NCBI GenBank assembly: GCA_018824115.1
Contig: JAHJGY010000070.1
Location: 1,632-65,631 of the forward strand
Source of the DNA: Patescibacteria group bacterium
GTDB lineage: Bacteria; Patescibacteriota; 4484-211
Reading direction: 5' to 3'
DNA: 64,000 bases
Numbering within the stretch: position 1 is the first letter of the stretch; every line of letters begins with the position of its first letter. Below the pieces are notes generated by a model that did no database searches, was not told where the DNA came from, and worked only from the letters and a program-made list of their open reading frames with translations. Positions 40,676 to 50,869 of the stretch are shown piece by piece. The translations under genes were made by a program, and so were the position numbers.

Positions 40676-41473
40676 ATGAATAATTACTTAACAGCGGGTG
40701 AATTAGCCAAGCTTGCAAGTACCACTAAGCGAACTATTCTCTTTTATGATGAGAAAAACATTCTTGAACCCGTGGAAGTTAATAATAAGGGTTATAGATA
40801 TTATTTAGAAGATCAGGTGCTTGACTACCAAAAAATACTTCTCCTTACTACCCTAGGTGTTTCATTGGATGAAATTAGGCTTCATCTCAAAAATAAGGGT
40901 AATCTGACTCAACTCTTTAACGAAAAAAAATCTCAAATAAGAAATCAAATAAAGAAGCTTGAATTTAATTTAGATAGTCTCGAGAAATTCTCAAACAACA
41001 TAAATAACAATGGGACAATGGTCAACCCGGAAATAAAGACAATTGAACCATTTGATGTTTATTACATTGAAAAAATCGGACCCTACGTTAAAATCGCGGA
41101 GTACTGCAAAGAGTTTATCGAGATGTTTGATAATAGGGGGAAAGAGTTTACAACTCTAGCCATCTTTGAGAACCCTACCTATCAACCCAAGAAAAGCAAG
41201 ATTAAAATTGGAGCGCTTGTAAAAAAGGACATGAAGATAGGTGAGAAACATAAAGATACTGTTAAACGCATGACTTTTAGCCCCGGAAAAGTTATAACCC
41301 ACACCTACAATGGTTCAGGAAGTTTACTTTCCTTATTCTGGAAAGAACTTGAAAAATACTGCATGATAAAAAAAATAAAAATTAGAAAAGATGTTCCTGA
41401 TTTTGAAATATACCGCAAAGTCAGCGAAGATCCAGTGGAGCAGTTTTTTGAAATTTATCTTCCTATCCGTTAA
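40676..41473 (+). CDS. MerR family regulator with GyrI-like effector domain (BmrR-like)
   Basis: TAGELAKLASTTKRTILFYD...GYRYY; C-terminal YNGS...FEIY...EIYLPI. Confidence 0.92.
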   Translation: MNNYLTAGELAKLASTTKRTILFYDEKNILEPVEVNNKGYRYYLEDQVLDYQKILLLTTLGVSLDEIRLHLKNKGNLTQLFNEKKSQIRNQIKKLEFNLDSLEKFSNNINNNGTMVNPEIKTIEPFDVYYIEKIGPYVKIAEYCKEFIEMFDNRGKEFTTLAIFENPTYQPKKSKIKIGALVKKDMKIGEKHKDTVKRMTFSPGKVITHTYNGSGSLLSLFWKELEKYCMIKKIKIRKDVPDFEIYRKVSEDPVEQFFEIYLPIR

Positions 41474-41634
41474 TTTATTTTTATGGCCCGCCCGCCTTCA
41501 TGTAAATCCGAGACTTGCCAGTTCCCAAAGTCGTCTTGCGAACTGGCCAAGTAAGATTGGCTTCCTTATTGCACCAATTTAAATTAGTGAAAATAGGACT
41601 TTCCAGGTCATCGATGCTAAAGTATACTGTTGTT

Positions 41635-42369
41635 ATGCAGACTAGGAGGGCTCCAGAATCAAACCCGCCAGAAACCGAGTCCTGGGGTGAGATACAGCAA
41701 CGGGCGGAGTCGCAATTGGAGGACCTTGGTTTGGGTTGGGAAGACCTGATAGGTAATGTATTAGATGTTGGTTCGGGAGAGTCTTTTATTACAAAGGCGG
41801 CCCGGGAACAAGGTATAGATACCGAGGTTACATCCCTTGATATTGATCCACGGCGAGGTGAATGGTCTCCATTGCCAGGCGAGATACGCCAACGATCTGT
41901 ACAAGCCGACGCACTTGAGATGCCCTTTGCCGATGAGTCATTTGATCTTGTTGTGGCACGAGGATCAGTTGGATTTCTAGGTATACCCGAAGCAATACGT
42001 GTCCTACGCCCAGGTGGTGAGTTGCGTATCTATCCACTAAGCACAGGAGTAGTGGAACAGTGGATGATGTTTTATTATTTGCATGAGGTGCAAGGTGAAT
42101 CTCAAGAAGATGTAATGGATAAGATGCAAGCTCTTAGTTCTTCGTACAATGAGGAGTTGGGGGCTTACTCTTTAGAATATACGGCCTTGCGTGATGAGGC
42201 GCTCGAAAGTCTGTCGAAAGATCAAAAATTAGAAGTAATACAGATGGTAGTAGATACGTTATCGGACAGATATGGTCTTTCATTAACTCATATTGTCCGT
42301 GAACCGGATGCCAGAGAGCCAAAGGCAATACTATGTTATACCAAGCCTGATCTGTTCCGTGAATTTTGA
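41635..42369 (+). CDS. Class I SAM-dependent methyltransferase
   Basis: VLDVGSG, ADALEMPFADESFDLVV, RVLRPGG. Confidence 0.88.
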   Translation: MQTRRAPESNPPETESWGEIQQRAESQLEDLGLGWEDLIGNVLDVGSGESFITKAAREQGIDTEVTSLDIDPRRGEWSPLPGEIRQRSVQADALEMPFADESFDLVVARGSVGFLGIPEAIRVLRPGGELRIYPLSTGVVEQWMMFYYLHEVQGESQEDVMDKMQALSSSYNEELGAYSLEYTALRDEALESLSKDQKLEVIQMVVDTLSDRYGLSLTHIVREPDAREPKAILCYTKPDLFREF

Positions 42370-42436
42370 GGCGTCTTAAAATGCCGGGTGTTTAAAAACT
42401 GGTTGAATTCGACAGTGTTTTGGTAGAATAATAAAT

Positions 42437-42679
42437 ATGGAGATAGGAAAGATTACAAAGAACTTTGCTGACGACTTTTGTAATTTGGTTTGGAAAAAGC
42501 TCGGCAAGGTAGGAGTAGAAGGAATTGGGATTACCGGCAGTTATGCCCGAGGCGATTATTCAAAAGCTCGTCCAGATATAAACTTCGCGCTTTTCATTGA
42601 TAAGAGTACGCCAGAATTGCTTCTTGAAATTGGGAAAATAACCTCAAGTCTTAATATGAAGTATTCTCTTCAGTTATAG
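42437..42679 (+). pseudogene. Nucleotidyltransferase-domain protein, probably truncated
   Basis: GSYARGD...PDIN pol-beta motif; ends after 80 aa. Confidence 0.55.
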
Positions 42680-42786
42680 GGCCAGAATAGATACTTTCGC
42701 GGCGTTGGTGTAAAAGTAGTATTAAGGTGTGAGAATGGGTAAAAGATTGCTTATAAAACGCAATTGGGCTATCATGGACTTATCTC

Positions 42787-44340
42787 ATGTTAGCTAAGAT
42801 ATACTCCGGTACCATACTCGGCCTAGAAGGGAAGCGGGTGGATGTGGAAGTTGACTTAGCCAAGAAAGGATTCCCCTCGTTTAAGATTGTTGGTTTACCC
42901 GATAAGGCGGTGAATGAAGCGCGGGATCGGGTTCGGAGCGCAATAATAAACTCCAAAGCTGATTTCCCTAAATATCGTTTGACTGTGAATTTAGCTCCTG
43001 CTGATTTGCCTAAAGAGGGCAGCGCTTTTGATTTGCCGATTGCACTAGGGATATTAATTGCGTCGGGGCAATTACCGCTTTCCGCCGAGCTTGAAAAGAG
43101 CGTTTTTTGGGGTGAGCTATCTTTAGAAGGCGATTTGCGTTCCATCACCGGAGCCCTTCCGCTTACTCTCTGGGCCAGAGAAGCTGGATTCGAACAGGTG
43201 TTTCTGCCGGCGGTTAATGCTCCAGAAGCAGCGGTAGTTAAAGGGATAAAGGTGATGCCGATAAATTCTCTAAGGGAGTTGTTCTACCACCTTGGAGATG
43301 TGAAGCCGATTGAACCTCACGATCCGGTAGATGTTCAGAGTTTTGCTAACAAATTAAGGGACTCTGAGTTTGACTTGGCAGATATAAGTGGGCAGGAGCA
43401 AGCTAAAAGAGCGTTAATAATTGCTGCCGCGGGTGGGCATAACCTTTTTATGATGGGGCCTCCCGGAGCAGGGAAAACACTACTAGCGCGCGCTTTGCCG
43501 TCAATTCTTCCCTCTTTAACTGAGGAGGAAATGCTAGAGGCAACCCAGATTTATTCGGTATCGGGAAATCTACCCCACGGTGAAGCGCTAATATTACAAA
43601 GACCATTTAGAACTCCACATCATACCACTTCCAGAATTGGTCTTATTGGTGGTGGCAGCCGTCCGAAGCCAGGGGAGATCTCACTGGCCCATCGAGGAGT
43701 GTTATTTCTGGATGAATTCGCTGAGTTCCCACGGCATGTATTGGAGAGTTTAAGGCAGCCGATGGAGGATGGAAAAGTTACTGTAAGCCGTGCGCTCACT
43801 TCGACAACTTTTCCGGCGCAGTTCATGCTGGTAGCAGCGTCTAATCCTTGTTACTGTGGGTATTTAGGGAGTCAGCGGGGCGTTTGTCGATGCACTTCGT
43901 ATCAAGTTGACCGTTATCAAAAGAGAGTTAGTGGCCCAATGCTTGATCGTTTTGATCTTTATCTAACAGTGCCGGAGGTAGAGCGGGAAAAGTTGAGTCA
44001 GGCGTTAACCGAAGGGCGCGGGCGGCAGACGTTGACTTCGGCAGTTGCCAGAGAACAAGTACAGCTGGCGCGTGATTTACAAAAAAAGAGGTTCAGTAAT
44101 GGTCCGAGTTTAGTCTGTAATGCTAATATTGGGCCAAAAGAAATAAGGGTTTATTGTGAACCTGATAATCAGGGGCGCGAATTGTTAAAGCAGGCATATG
44201 CTCGTTTTAGACTAACAGCGCGTGGTTATCACAAGGTTTTAAAAGTAGCACGAACAATCGCGGACCTAAACGGTTCATCGGAAATTGCACCGGAGTGTAT
44301 TAGTGAGGCATTATGTTACCGGCGGAGAGGTTGGGGTTGA
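42787..44340 (+). CDS. comM: YifB/ComM Mg-chelatase-like AAA+ ATPase
   Basis: VNLAPADLPKEG, GPPGAGKT, PGEISLAHRGVLFLDE, LDRFD. Confidence 0.95.
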   Translation: MLAKIYSGTILGLEGKRVDVEVDLAKKGFPSFKIVGLPDKAVNEARDRVRSAIINSKADFPKYRLTVNLAPADLPKEGSAFDLPIALGILIASGQLPLSAELEKSVFWGELSLEGDLRSITGALPLTLWAREAGFEQVFLPAVNAPEAAVVKGIKVMPINSLRELFYHLGDVKPIEPHDPVDVQSFANKLRDSEFDLADISGQEQAKRALIIAAAGGHNLFMMGPPGAGKTLLARALPSILPSLTEEEMLEATQIYSVSGNLPHGEALILQRPFRTPHHTTSRIGLIGGGSRPKPGEISLAHRGVLFLDEFAEFPRHVLESLRQPMEDGKVTVSRALTSTTFPAQFMLVAASNPCYCGYLGSQRGVCRCTSYQVDRYQKRVSGPMLDRFDLYLTVPEVEREKLSQALTEGRGRQTLTSAVAREQVQLARDLQKKRFSNGPSLVCNANIGPKEIRVYCEPDNQGRELLKQAYARFRLTARGYHKVLKVARTIADLNGSSEIAPECISEALCYRRRGWG

Positions 44341-44390
44341 TTATCTTTTAGTGTTTGCGGTATAGTTGGGAGGGAGGACAGATTTTAATT

Positions 44391-44948
44391 ATGCCTGAGG
44401 AAAGGAAAGAGTTACCCAATGAGATACAGCTTTTGCCACCTGAGGAAATTGAGAGGCGAAAGACGGTAGCAGAACGTTATCTGCGGGTTGTGTCTGGAGT
44501 GAGTATATTCCTTGTTGTTGTGCAAATTATTGCCTTGACAACGATAATTATTAAGGCAAATGCAGAGAGGGATCTCCACCGAAAGGCTCAGGCATTGGAG
44601 CTAGTAATTGGGGAGCTGGAATCGTATTCGGAAACAGAGAGACAATTACGCCTTCTTGGGGAGAATGTGAAGCTTATCGAAGAGTTGCGGAAAGCAAATA
44701 ATGTAACACCAGAGCTCTTGAGCGCTATTGAGCAGTCATTACCCGTTGATATTTATCTGGATAGCATCCAACTGGGTGATGTTTTAAACATTCGTGGGCA
44801 AACTTATAACTATCTGTCTGTTTTCCGTTTCCTGAATCGATTACAAGAACAAGAGCAGGTTGACGAGGCGTTACTAGCGGGGTTAACGAGGAAAAGTGCA
44901 GGCGGAGCAGTCGAGTTTGCAATTACATTTAAGCTAGTTAAAGACTAG
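44391..44948 (+). CDS. PilN-like type IV pilus assembly protein
   Basis: IQLLP motif, TM, coiled coil, ferredoxin-like C-terminus. Confidence 0.8.
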   Translation: MPEERKELPNEIQLLPPEEIERRKTVAERYLRVVSGVSIFLVVVQIIALTTIIIKANAERDLHRKAQALELVIGELESYSETERQLRLLGENVKLIEELRKANNVTPELLSAIEQSLPVDIYLDSIQLGDVLNIRGQTYNYLSVFRFLNRLQEQEQVDEALLAGLTRKSAGGAVEFAITFKLVKD

Positions 44949-44959
44949 CTTGGCAAGAT

Positions 44960-45535
44960 ATGGTTAATGTAAACGGATTTAGACATAAGTCATGGAAGGG
45001 CTGGCTGAGTATTAGTTTAAGGATAGTCTTGGCATTGGTGCTCTTGTTGTTTGTAGTGTACCCAAATATTCGACGCGTTTTGGAAGTAAGTGGGTTAGCT
45101 GAGGAAATTGTTGAGGAAAAAGAAGCCTTGGAGTATAAACTGGACCGCATAAAATTACTCGGAGATAAATATCCGACTTATTCTGAGTTGCTGGATATAA
45201 GTGAACAGTATTTACCGGGCGAGCCGTTAGTATTAGGGGTAGTGACTAACCTGATTGCTGACGCAACGAATAGTGAGCTTTCCTTAGAAGACTTTCGCTA
45301 TGATGCTACTGCCCCGGTCTATCAGAGAAAAGACGTCGAAAATTCGATAACAGAAGGGGTAAAGTCGATGATCTTTTCGGTTACGGGTGATGGTAGTTAT
45401 CCAGAGTTTAAGTCATTTCTAGTTGGCATGGAGGAGGAACGTAGAGAGATTCAGCTTACTGATCTAAGGTTAAGGAAAGGAGAGTCCGGCGAATCACTGA
45501 TCTTTGGTATTACCGGGCGATTTTTTTGGAAATGA
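44960..45535 (+). CDS. PilO-like type IV pilus assembly protein
   Basis: TM, coiled coil, LP, G.Y..FKSFL..ME..RR. Confidence 0.8.
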   Translation: MVNVNGFRHKSWKGWLSISLRIVLALVLLLFVVYPNIRRVLEVSGLAEEIVEEKEALEYKLDRIKLLGDKYPTYSELLDISEQYLPGEPLVLGVVTNLIADATNSELSLEDFRYDATAPVYQRKDVENSITEGVKSMIFSVTGDGSYPEFKSFLVGMEEERREIQLTDLRLRKGESGESLIFGITGRFFWK

Positions 45536-45747
45536 AAAAACTGGCGATTTTGTCCAAGATACTATCTCTCACGATAATTTTATTACTTGTTGTAATAGTG
45601 GTACTTTGGGGACAGCAGTGGTGGTTATTACGCGATGGTTCGGGGGTGCCTCGGCGAGCGACAACTAGACAACTGGAGTTGTTTAACGTTGAACTAGGTG
45701 GGCAGGTATTGGAAGAGTGGGTCTCCCCAACGCCGCAGCAAGAGTAA
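45532..45747 (+). CDS. Small single-TM protein (pil operon-associated)
   Basis: ATG overlaps the pilO-like stop; N-terminal TM. Confidence 0.55.
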   Translation: MKKLAILSKILSLTIILLLVVIVVLWGQQWWLLRDGSGVPRRATTRQLELFNVELGGQVLEEWVSPTPQQE

Positions 45748-45993
45748 AGCAGAGATCACAATAATCGTAAGCAAGAGGCTTCTTTTAAAGTCATTAGATA
45801 AAAAACTTGGATCGTAGTTTTCCCACCCGCTTTTTGTTTCTTTAGAGAGCCTTTGACCAGACTCAGCGTCGCGAGCAGGTTCTTGGGATTCCGATTTCTT
45901 CGGCGACAGGTTGTTGAGTTGTGATTTAAGCTTTTCAATTCGCTGTTTTAGGTAAATATTCTCTTGGCGGAAGTCTTTTTTCTTTTTGGTCAT
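45694..45993 (-). CDS. Small hypothetical protein with C-terminal TM
   Basis: Start overlaps the stop of the upstream gene; coiled coil followed by a TM. Confidence 0.6.
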   Translation of the reverse strand: MTKKKKDFRQENIYLKQRIEKLKSQLNNLSPKKSESQEPARDAESGQRLSKETKSGWENYDPSFLSNDFKRSLLLTIIVISALLLLRRWGDPLFQYLPT

Positions 45994-47486
45994 TCTTGTT
46001 TTACTTCAATTTTGATTGTTATCCGTGAGATACGATGTGGTAGTCTCTGTAATAAACTGGGTAATTGTGGCCAGAGATCGACTTTGTACCCACTAATCCT
46101 CTCAAGATTACGGATATAAGTTTCTGCCTGACTGGGATTTAAAGACTTGAGAGAAGTTTTGATCTCTTCTTGATTAATTTGAGGAATAACCGTTGCGCGG
46201 ATAGTGCCTATAAGAGATATTTTACCTTTCTCACTTACATTAATTGCTTCTACTGTTACAGTGCTGTCATTGTTTGGGAGAGTGAATCCTTGTGGAATGT
46301 TTGCGGTGAGGTTTTTCATTAAGAGAGCTTCAATATTCGAGCGGTCGAAGGTGGTGGCCGATGACTTGACACTTATAGTGGCGGTGAACTCCTCGGTTTC
46401 AGATTCTACTTGGTGACTATAGCTGGATTCTAGAATTCTATCCATAACGGTTTCAGTTAACAGTTGCTGGTTCTCATCTAAGTTGTTTCGCAGATTCTCT
46501 GCGTTTTTTGTTGAAATTTGTGCGGCTAACTCGTCACGTGCTTGGTTTTGATCAGCTGCGGTAACAATTGTTAGTTTTGTTGTTAATCCACCAGTGAAAT
46601 CGTTTTCACTAACAGCAGTCACTTTGTCAGTGGTATAGCTGTCGACGCCAAAGCTGGTTGTTTGAGGGAGGTTGAATGCTTCTCCAATTTCGGTGGCGAT
46701 CACACTTATATTCTCGGTGATGCCCCAATTATATTGAACCCCTCGGTCGAGGAAAACTTCATCTCTCGGGGCAATAGTTGCCTCTTCCAGTAGAGTAAAA
46801 CTTAGTGTTGTGCCGGCTTCGGTAGTGTGACTAACTACTGTTCCGATTTTAAGTGAAACAGCTGCAGGAGTCATATTAACTAAAGTGATATTTCCCGTTG
46901 CTTTTTCGCCAGTGATTTTTTCTCCGGTTGCTTTGAATTCTCTACTCTGGGTGTCCTGAGCTTCAACTGCTGTGCCGGGGATTTTTAAATTATTGTAGTC
47001 AACTTCGGCAATTTGGGGATCAACAGTAACACTCTCCTGTTGATTTAATTCCGATTCTTGGACATATAAAGTAACGGTAGCCCGAGGAAGGTAGTAATAA
47101 ACAAAGGCAATGGCAGAGAGAAAGAAGGCAGCAAAGCCTGCTGTGGAGATTAAGAATATTCTCAGCGGGGTGAAGCGTTTCTTTTGTTTTAAATTACGAG
47201 CAGACTTTTCTGGTTGGCGTGTTAAACGCTCCTTAACTGCGCTCAGTGTTGTTGCGGGTGAGGATGGAGTAGGATCCGTGCCGGGCGAGGGATCTTGACT
47301 ACTTCTGACCTGGACAGTTTTTCCCTGTTTTGCCGCCCAATACCTTATGATTTCTTCGTTGATAGGCGATTGGGTAGCTTCGGAATTTGTCTCGAGGATA
47401 ATGTTAAGCTCGGTAGAATCCTCTTGGGTTATTCTTTCTAATATTAGGGCTAGGTTGTCTTGTTCAGTAAAAGTTAGGTCGGTCAT
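45990..47486 (-). CDS. Baseplate J/gp47-like domain membrane protein
   Basis: TM, PRATVTL, KATG.ITL.N, A..IGEAFN, FTGG, LWP...LP...RI. Confidence 0.75.
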   Translation of the reverse strand: MTDLTFTEQDNLALILERITQEDSTELNIILETNSEATQSPINEEIIRYWAAKQGKTVQVRSSQDPSPGTDPTPSSPATTLSAVKERLTRQPEKSARNLKQKKRFTPLRIFLISTAGFAAFFLSAIAFVYYYLPRATVTLYVQESELNQQESVTVDPQIAEVDYNNLKIPGTAVEAQDTQSREFKATGEKITGEKATGNITLVNMTPAAVSLKIGTVVSHTTEAGTTLSFTLLEEATIAPRDEVFLDRGVQYNWGITENISVIATEIGEAFNLPQTTSFGVDSYTTDKVTAVSENDFTGGLTTKLTIVTAADQNQARDELAAQISTKNAENLRNNLDENQQLLTETVMDRILESSYSHQVESETEEFTATISVKSSATTFDRSNIEALLMKNLTANIPQGFTLPNNDSTVTVEAINVSEKGKISLIGTIRATVIPQINQEEIKTSLKSLNPSQAETYIRNLERISGYKVDLWPQLPSLLQRLPHRISRITIKIEVKQE

Positions 47487-47487
47487 T

Positions 47488-47546
47488 TTAATGAGGCTCC
47501 CCGCTAAGCGGGGTTAGCCGAATTAACCCCGAGCTTGTCGAGGGGT
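47488..47546 (-). repeat. Modular hairpin element, copy 3
   Basis: Sense strand CCCCTCGACAAGCTCGGGG-TTAATTCGGCTAAC-CCCGCTTAGCGGG-GAGCCTCATTAA-A-ATG. Confidence 0.8.
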
Positions 47547-48773
47547 TTAATAAACTTCCGTTGATCCCAGAGCTGCACTTACTAACGAAACAAATGCCGG
47601 CTCATTGATTTTACTAATTTCCCCACTTATGTTTGGTATTTCAGAAAGTTCAAGGAACCTTGGTTTTGGGAATGTGCTAAAGGATAAGTTTTTAGTCCAT
47701 GGATAAGCAATAAACGCCGATTTTAAATTTGGGATTTGTAATCCACCGCCATAGATAAAAAAGTTTTCCGGAAAACTTGAGGAGTAATTCATTTGTTTTA
47801 AACACGCGGCAATACCAGTCATTAAGATATCCAACCACGGTTGTGTTAAGCGATCCACTCCTTGTTGTTTCTCATCATTCAGTTTTCTTTGACTCGCGGC
47901 AATCTTAAGATTGTCAGCATTATCGAAATTGAGGTCAAGGTGTCTCATTAGATTCCAGGTGAAATGGTAGCCTCCCCAGTTAAAAGTGTAGCCGCCAAGG
48001 ATTTCACCTTCACTGAATAACGCTACTTCGGTTAGTTTGCCACCGATATCTATTAAGATCCCTCTTGCAAATTCATCTTTCAGGAAGTTTAGTGGGGCAA
48101 AAATAGGGTCTCTGATTTGTGATATTCGTAAACCAAGGGTGTCACCCAGTTGAGATAGGGTTTTATGTGTTTCTTGAAGACAGAAAGTCTCCTTTAATGA
48201 GATTTTGAGTTCTTCACCTCCGAAATCAATAGGCGAGGAAAGTTTTTTTCCATCTAGTCGGAATTCTATTGCCTCGGTACTGAGGCGTTGAAGGCTTTCT
48301 GGTGGGGCCCGGAAGAGCTGAGAAGCTTTAATGAGTGAACGCTCGGCTGTACGCTCTTCGATTTTCCGGAAAATTTTGTTGAGTTCGGACTCTGTCACAG
48401 GGGTTTCTACTTCGGCGCGTTGCAGTTTAATTTTTGTGTTTACGGTTTTAGTGAAACCCCCGGCTAGAAGAGTCGTTTGTTGTGGCATAATACTAGCTTC
48501 CAAATTTGCCTTTTCGATCGCCAGGGAACAAGCCTCCAAAACGGCATCAGGTTGTTGGATTTTGGAACCAAGGAAGCTAGCTTGCCCGTGCCTTTGTTGG
48601 CTGAGTGCGAGAACTTCTATCTTGGGGGTGTTACTGAAGGTAGGGTCGCCTGGTTCGGGGTCATTTAAAAGACGGAAGATGCCAGCCTTGACGGTGGTTG
48701 TCCCTAAGTCTAGCATCATGAAGGGCTCTGGTTGGCGTGGTTTAAATAATTTAGAGAGAATAGGTAGCTTCAT
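47547..48773 (-). CDS. FtsA-like actin-fold ATPase
   Basis: LDLGTTTVK, LIDIGGKLTEV, GG.HFT, IYGGG. Confidence 0.8.
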   Translation of the reverse strand: MKLPILSKLFKPRQPEPFMMLDLGTTTVKAGIFRLLNDPEPGDPTFSNTPKIEVLALSQQRHGQASFLGSKIQQPDAVLEACSLAIEKANLEASIMPQQTTLLAGGFTKTVNTKIKLQRAEVETPVTESELNKIFRKIEERTAERSLIKASQLFRAPPESLQRLSTEAIEFRLDGKKLSSPIDFGGEELKISLKETFCLQETHKTLSQLGDTLGLRISQIRDPIFAPLNFLKDEFARGILIDIGGKLTEVALFSEGEILGGYTFNWGGYHFTWNLMRHLDLNFDNADNLKIAASQRKLNDEKQQGVDRLTQPWLDILMTGIAACLKQMNYSSSFPENFFIYGGGLQIPNLKSAFIAYPWTKNLSFSTFPKPRFLELSEIPNISGEISKINEPAFVSLVSAALGSTEVY

Positions 48774-50569
48774 TTTTTCTCCAGTGTTGCCTTTATCCTT
48801 CTTATTCCTTTCCCAACACTTTCTTCTTTAATAATTTTAAAATACCCTAATTCTGATGTATTAGCAACATGGGGTCCGCCACAGAGCTCTTTAGAAAAGT
48901 TATTAATTTTGTACATCGTCACCTGGTCAACTTCTTTGTATTTGTCTCTAAATAAAGCAATAGCTCCTTGCTTAACTGCCTCGTGGAATGTAGTTTCCAC
49001 TTTTGTTACCGAGAGGCCTTTTTGGATTTGCTGGTTAACAATTTTTTCTACTTTACGAATTTCTTTCGGGTCAAGTTTGCGATCAAAAGTAAAGTCGAAT
49101 CTCAATCGCTCTGGTACTAGGCTCTGACCAGCTTGTTTTACTTGACTACCGAGTACTTCTGTTAAAGCCTGGTGCATTAGGTGAGTTGCGGTATGCAGGG
49201 GTGCGATTTCTTCATTAGCGTATTCTTGCACTTTGCCGAATTTGCCTTCGGCTCCCTTGCGTGATAGGTCCTGGTGTTTTTTGTAGGCAGCTTGATAAGA
49301 TTCTTTGTCAATAATAATACCGTGGTTTTCAGCAATTTCTTTCTGTGTTTCTAGCGGCACGCCATAGGTGGCTTCGATGTCAAAGGCTATTTCACCGGGG
49401 AAGACCGCCGCTTTTCCTTTGCCCTGCCCAACGATAGTGGCTAAGCTTGCTTCGAGAACACCTAACCCTTTTTTAAGGGTCTTAAGGAAGTTTTCATGCT
49501 CGTTTTGTAGTACTGCAATAATATCTTGATCCTTGATTTCCGGGTAGAAAGACCCGTAGATGTTGGTGATTGATTGATGCAGTCGTTCGTAGAGATCTTC
49601 TAGCTTAATCTTTAAAAAGATCTGATGGGTAATTGCCCTGCGGATAAGTCGCCGTAAAATGTAACCTTCTCGTTTGTTCGATGGTACAACTCCGTCACCG
49701 ATGAGGAAAAAAGCGGCCCGTAAATGATCGGCGACGATTCTTACCGAACGGGTTTGCGCTGTGGTTAAAGAATCGATATTAAGCGTGGATGTGATTTCCG
49801 TGATTAAGGGTGAGAAGAGATCGGTCTCGTAGTTACTCTCCTTACTTTGTAAAACTGCGGCAAAACGTTCTAAGCCGGCCCCAGTGTCAACACTGAGAAA
49901 GGGAAGCTCCTCGAATTCGGTTTCGCTTTTACGATTATATTGCATAAAAACACCTGCGTTCCAAATTTCGTAGAAGCGGCCACATTCACAATTCGGATTG
50001 CATTCTATTCCGCAGGAATATTTTACTCCTCGATCGTACAAGACTTCGGTGCAGGGTCCACAGGGGCCAGTTGGCCCAGAGACCCAGAGATTTTCGGAGG
50101 CGGGGAGTTTAAGGATATGTTCGTCAGGTATTCCGATGGACTTCCAGTGGCTGATGGTTTCGGTATCGGCCGGAATGTAGTCATCGCCGGCAAAAACAGT
50201 GGCGTATAGTTTGTCTGGTTCGAGGTTAAACCCTTCCTGCGAAGTGAGCAGTTCCCAGGCGAGTTCAACCGCCATCTTTTTACCGTAATCTCCAATCGAC
50301 CAACTGCCAAACATTTCAAAAAAGGTATGGTGGTGAGGATCACCAACGCATTCAATGTCCTCTGTACGGACACACTTTTGAATGTTGGTTAATCGGGGGT
50401 GCGGCGGTTTTTCTTCGCCGGTGAAGTAGGGTTTAATTGGCGCCATGCCGGAGTTAACTAGGAGTAGCGTTGGGTCGTTTTTGGCTACCAAATTGGCCGA
50501 ACCAATATTTTGGTGATTATGCTTTTCGAAAAATTCAATAAAGCGTTTGCGGATTTCTGTGTGTGTCAT
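48770..50569 (-). CDS. alaS: Alanine--tRNA ligase (short form without C-Ala domain)
   Basis: HHTFFEMFG, GPCGPCTE, VDTGAGLER, ADHLRA, editing HTATH and ELCGGPH. Confidence 0.97.
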   Translation of the reverse strand: MTHTEIRKRFIEFFEKHNHQNIGSANLVAKNDPTLLLVNSGMAPIKPYFTGEEKPPHPRLTNIQKCVRTEDIECVGDPHHHTFFEMFGSWSIGDYGKKMAVELAWELLTSQEGFNLEPDKLYATVFAGDDYIPADTETISHWKSIGIPDEHILKLPASENLWVSGPTGPCGPCTEVLYDRGVKYSCGIECNPNCECGRFYEIWNAGVFMQYNRKSETEFEELPFLSVDTGAGLERFAAVLQSKESNYETDLFSPLITEITSTLNIDSLTTAQTRSVRIVADHLRAAFFLIGDGVVPSNKREGYILRRLIRRAITHQIFLKIKLEDLYERLHQSITNIYGSFYPEIKDQDIIAVLQNEHENFLKTLKKGLGVLEASLATIVGQGKGKAAVFPGEIAFDIEATYGVPLETQKEIAENHGIIIDKESYQAAYKKHQDLSRKGAEGKFGKVQEYANEEIAPLHTATHLMHQALTEVLGSQVKQAGQSLVPERLRFDFTFDRKLDPKEIRKVEKIVNQQIQKGLSVTKVETTFHEAVKQGAIALFRDKYKEVDQVTMYKINNFSKELCGGPHVANTSELGYFKIIKEESVGKGIRRIKATLEKK

Positions 50570-50657
50570 TCAATGAGGCTCAAAAATTGCGAGTGTAGCG
50601 AAGCAATTTTAGTTAGCCGAATTAATCCGCCTAAATATGCCGTAGGCATTTTTGGCG
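50570..50657 (-). repeat. Modular hairpin element, copy 4 (alaS 5' UTR)
   Basis: Sense strand GGCGGATTAATTCGGCTAAC-TAAAATTGC...GCAATTTTT-GAGCCTCATTGA-ATG, downstream of TATAAT at 50668-50673. Confidence 0.8.
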
Positions 50658-50869
50658 TGATGATGTCATTATACAAAGGGAATCGCAATGTTACAAGGAG
50701 AAAATAATGAAAAAGGTGGTATTTGGGGTTTTGGGAAGTGCGAAATGCGGGGCTAGGTGTCGGAAAATCGCTGATGCTGGCGCCCGCCTATTTTTGATTC
50801 TTTAAAAAGAATTTTGAGGCGGGCCGCTTGCTTTGCAGGAAAAGTAGTGCGGTAGAAGTTATTTTTCTG

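Noticed and set aside
45990-47486. Prophage or contractile injection system
   Set aside because: No sheath, tube, capsid, terminase or integrase genes; the J-like gene sits in a housekeeping operon.
50570-50670. T-box riboswitch upstream of alaS
   Set aside because: Leader is only ~90 nt, has no GGTGGTACCGCG T-box, and matches the dispersed repeat instead.
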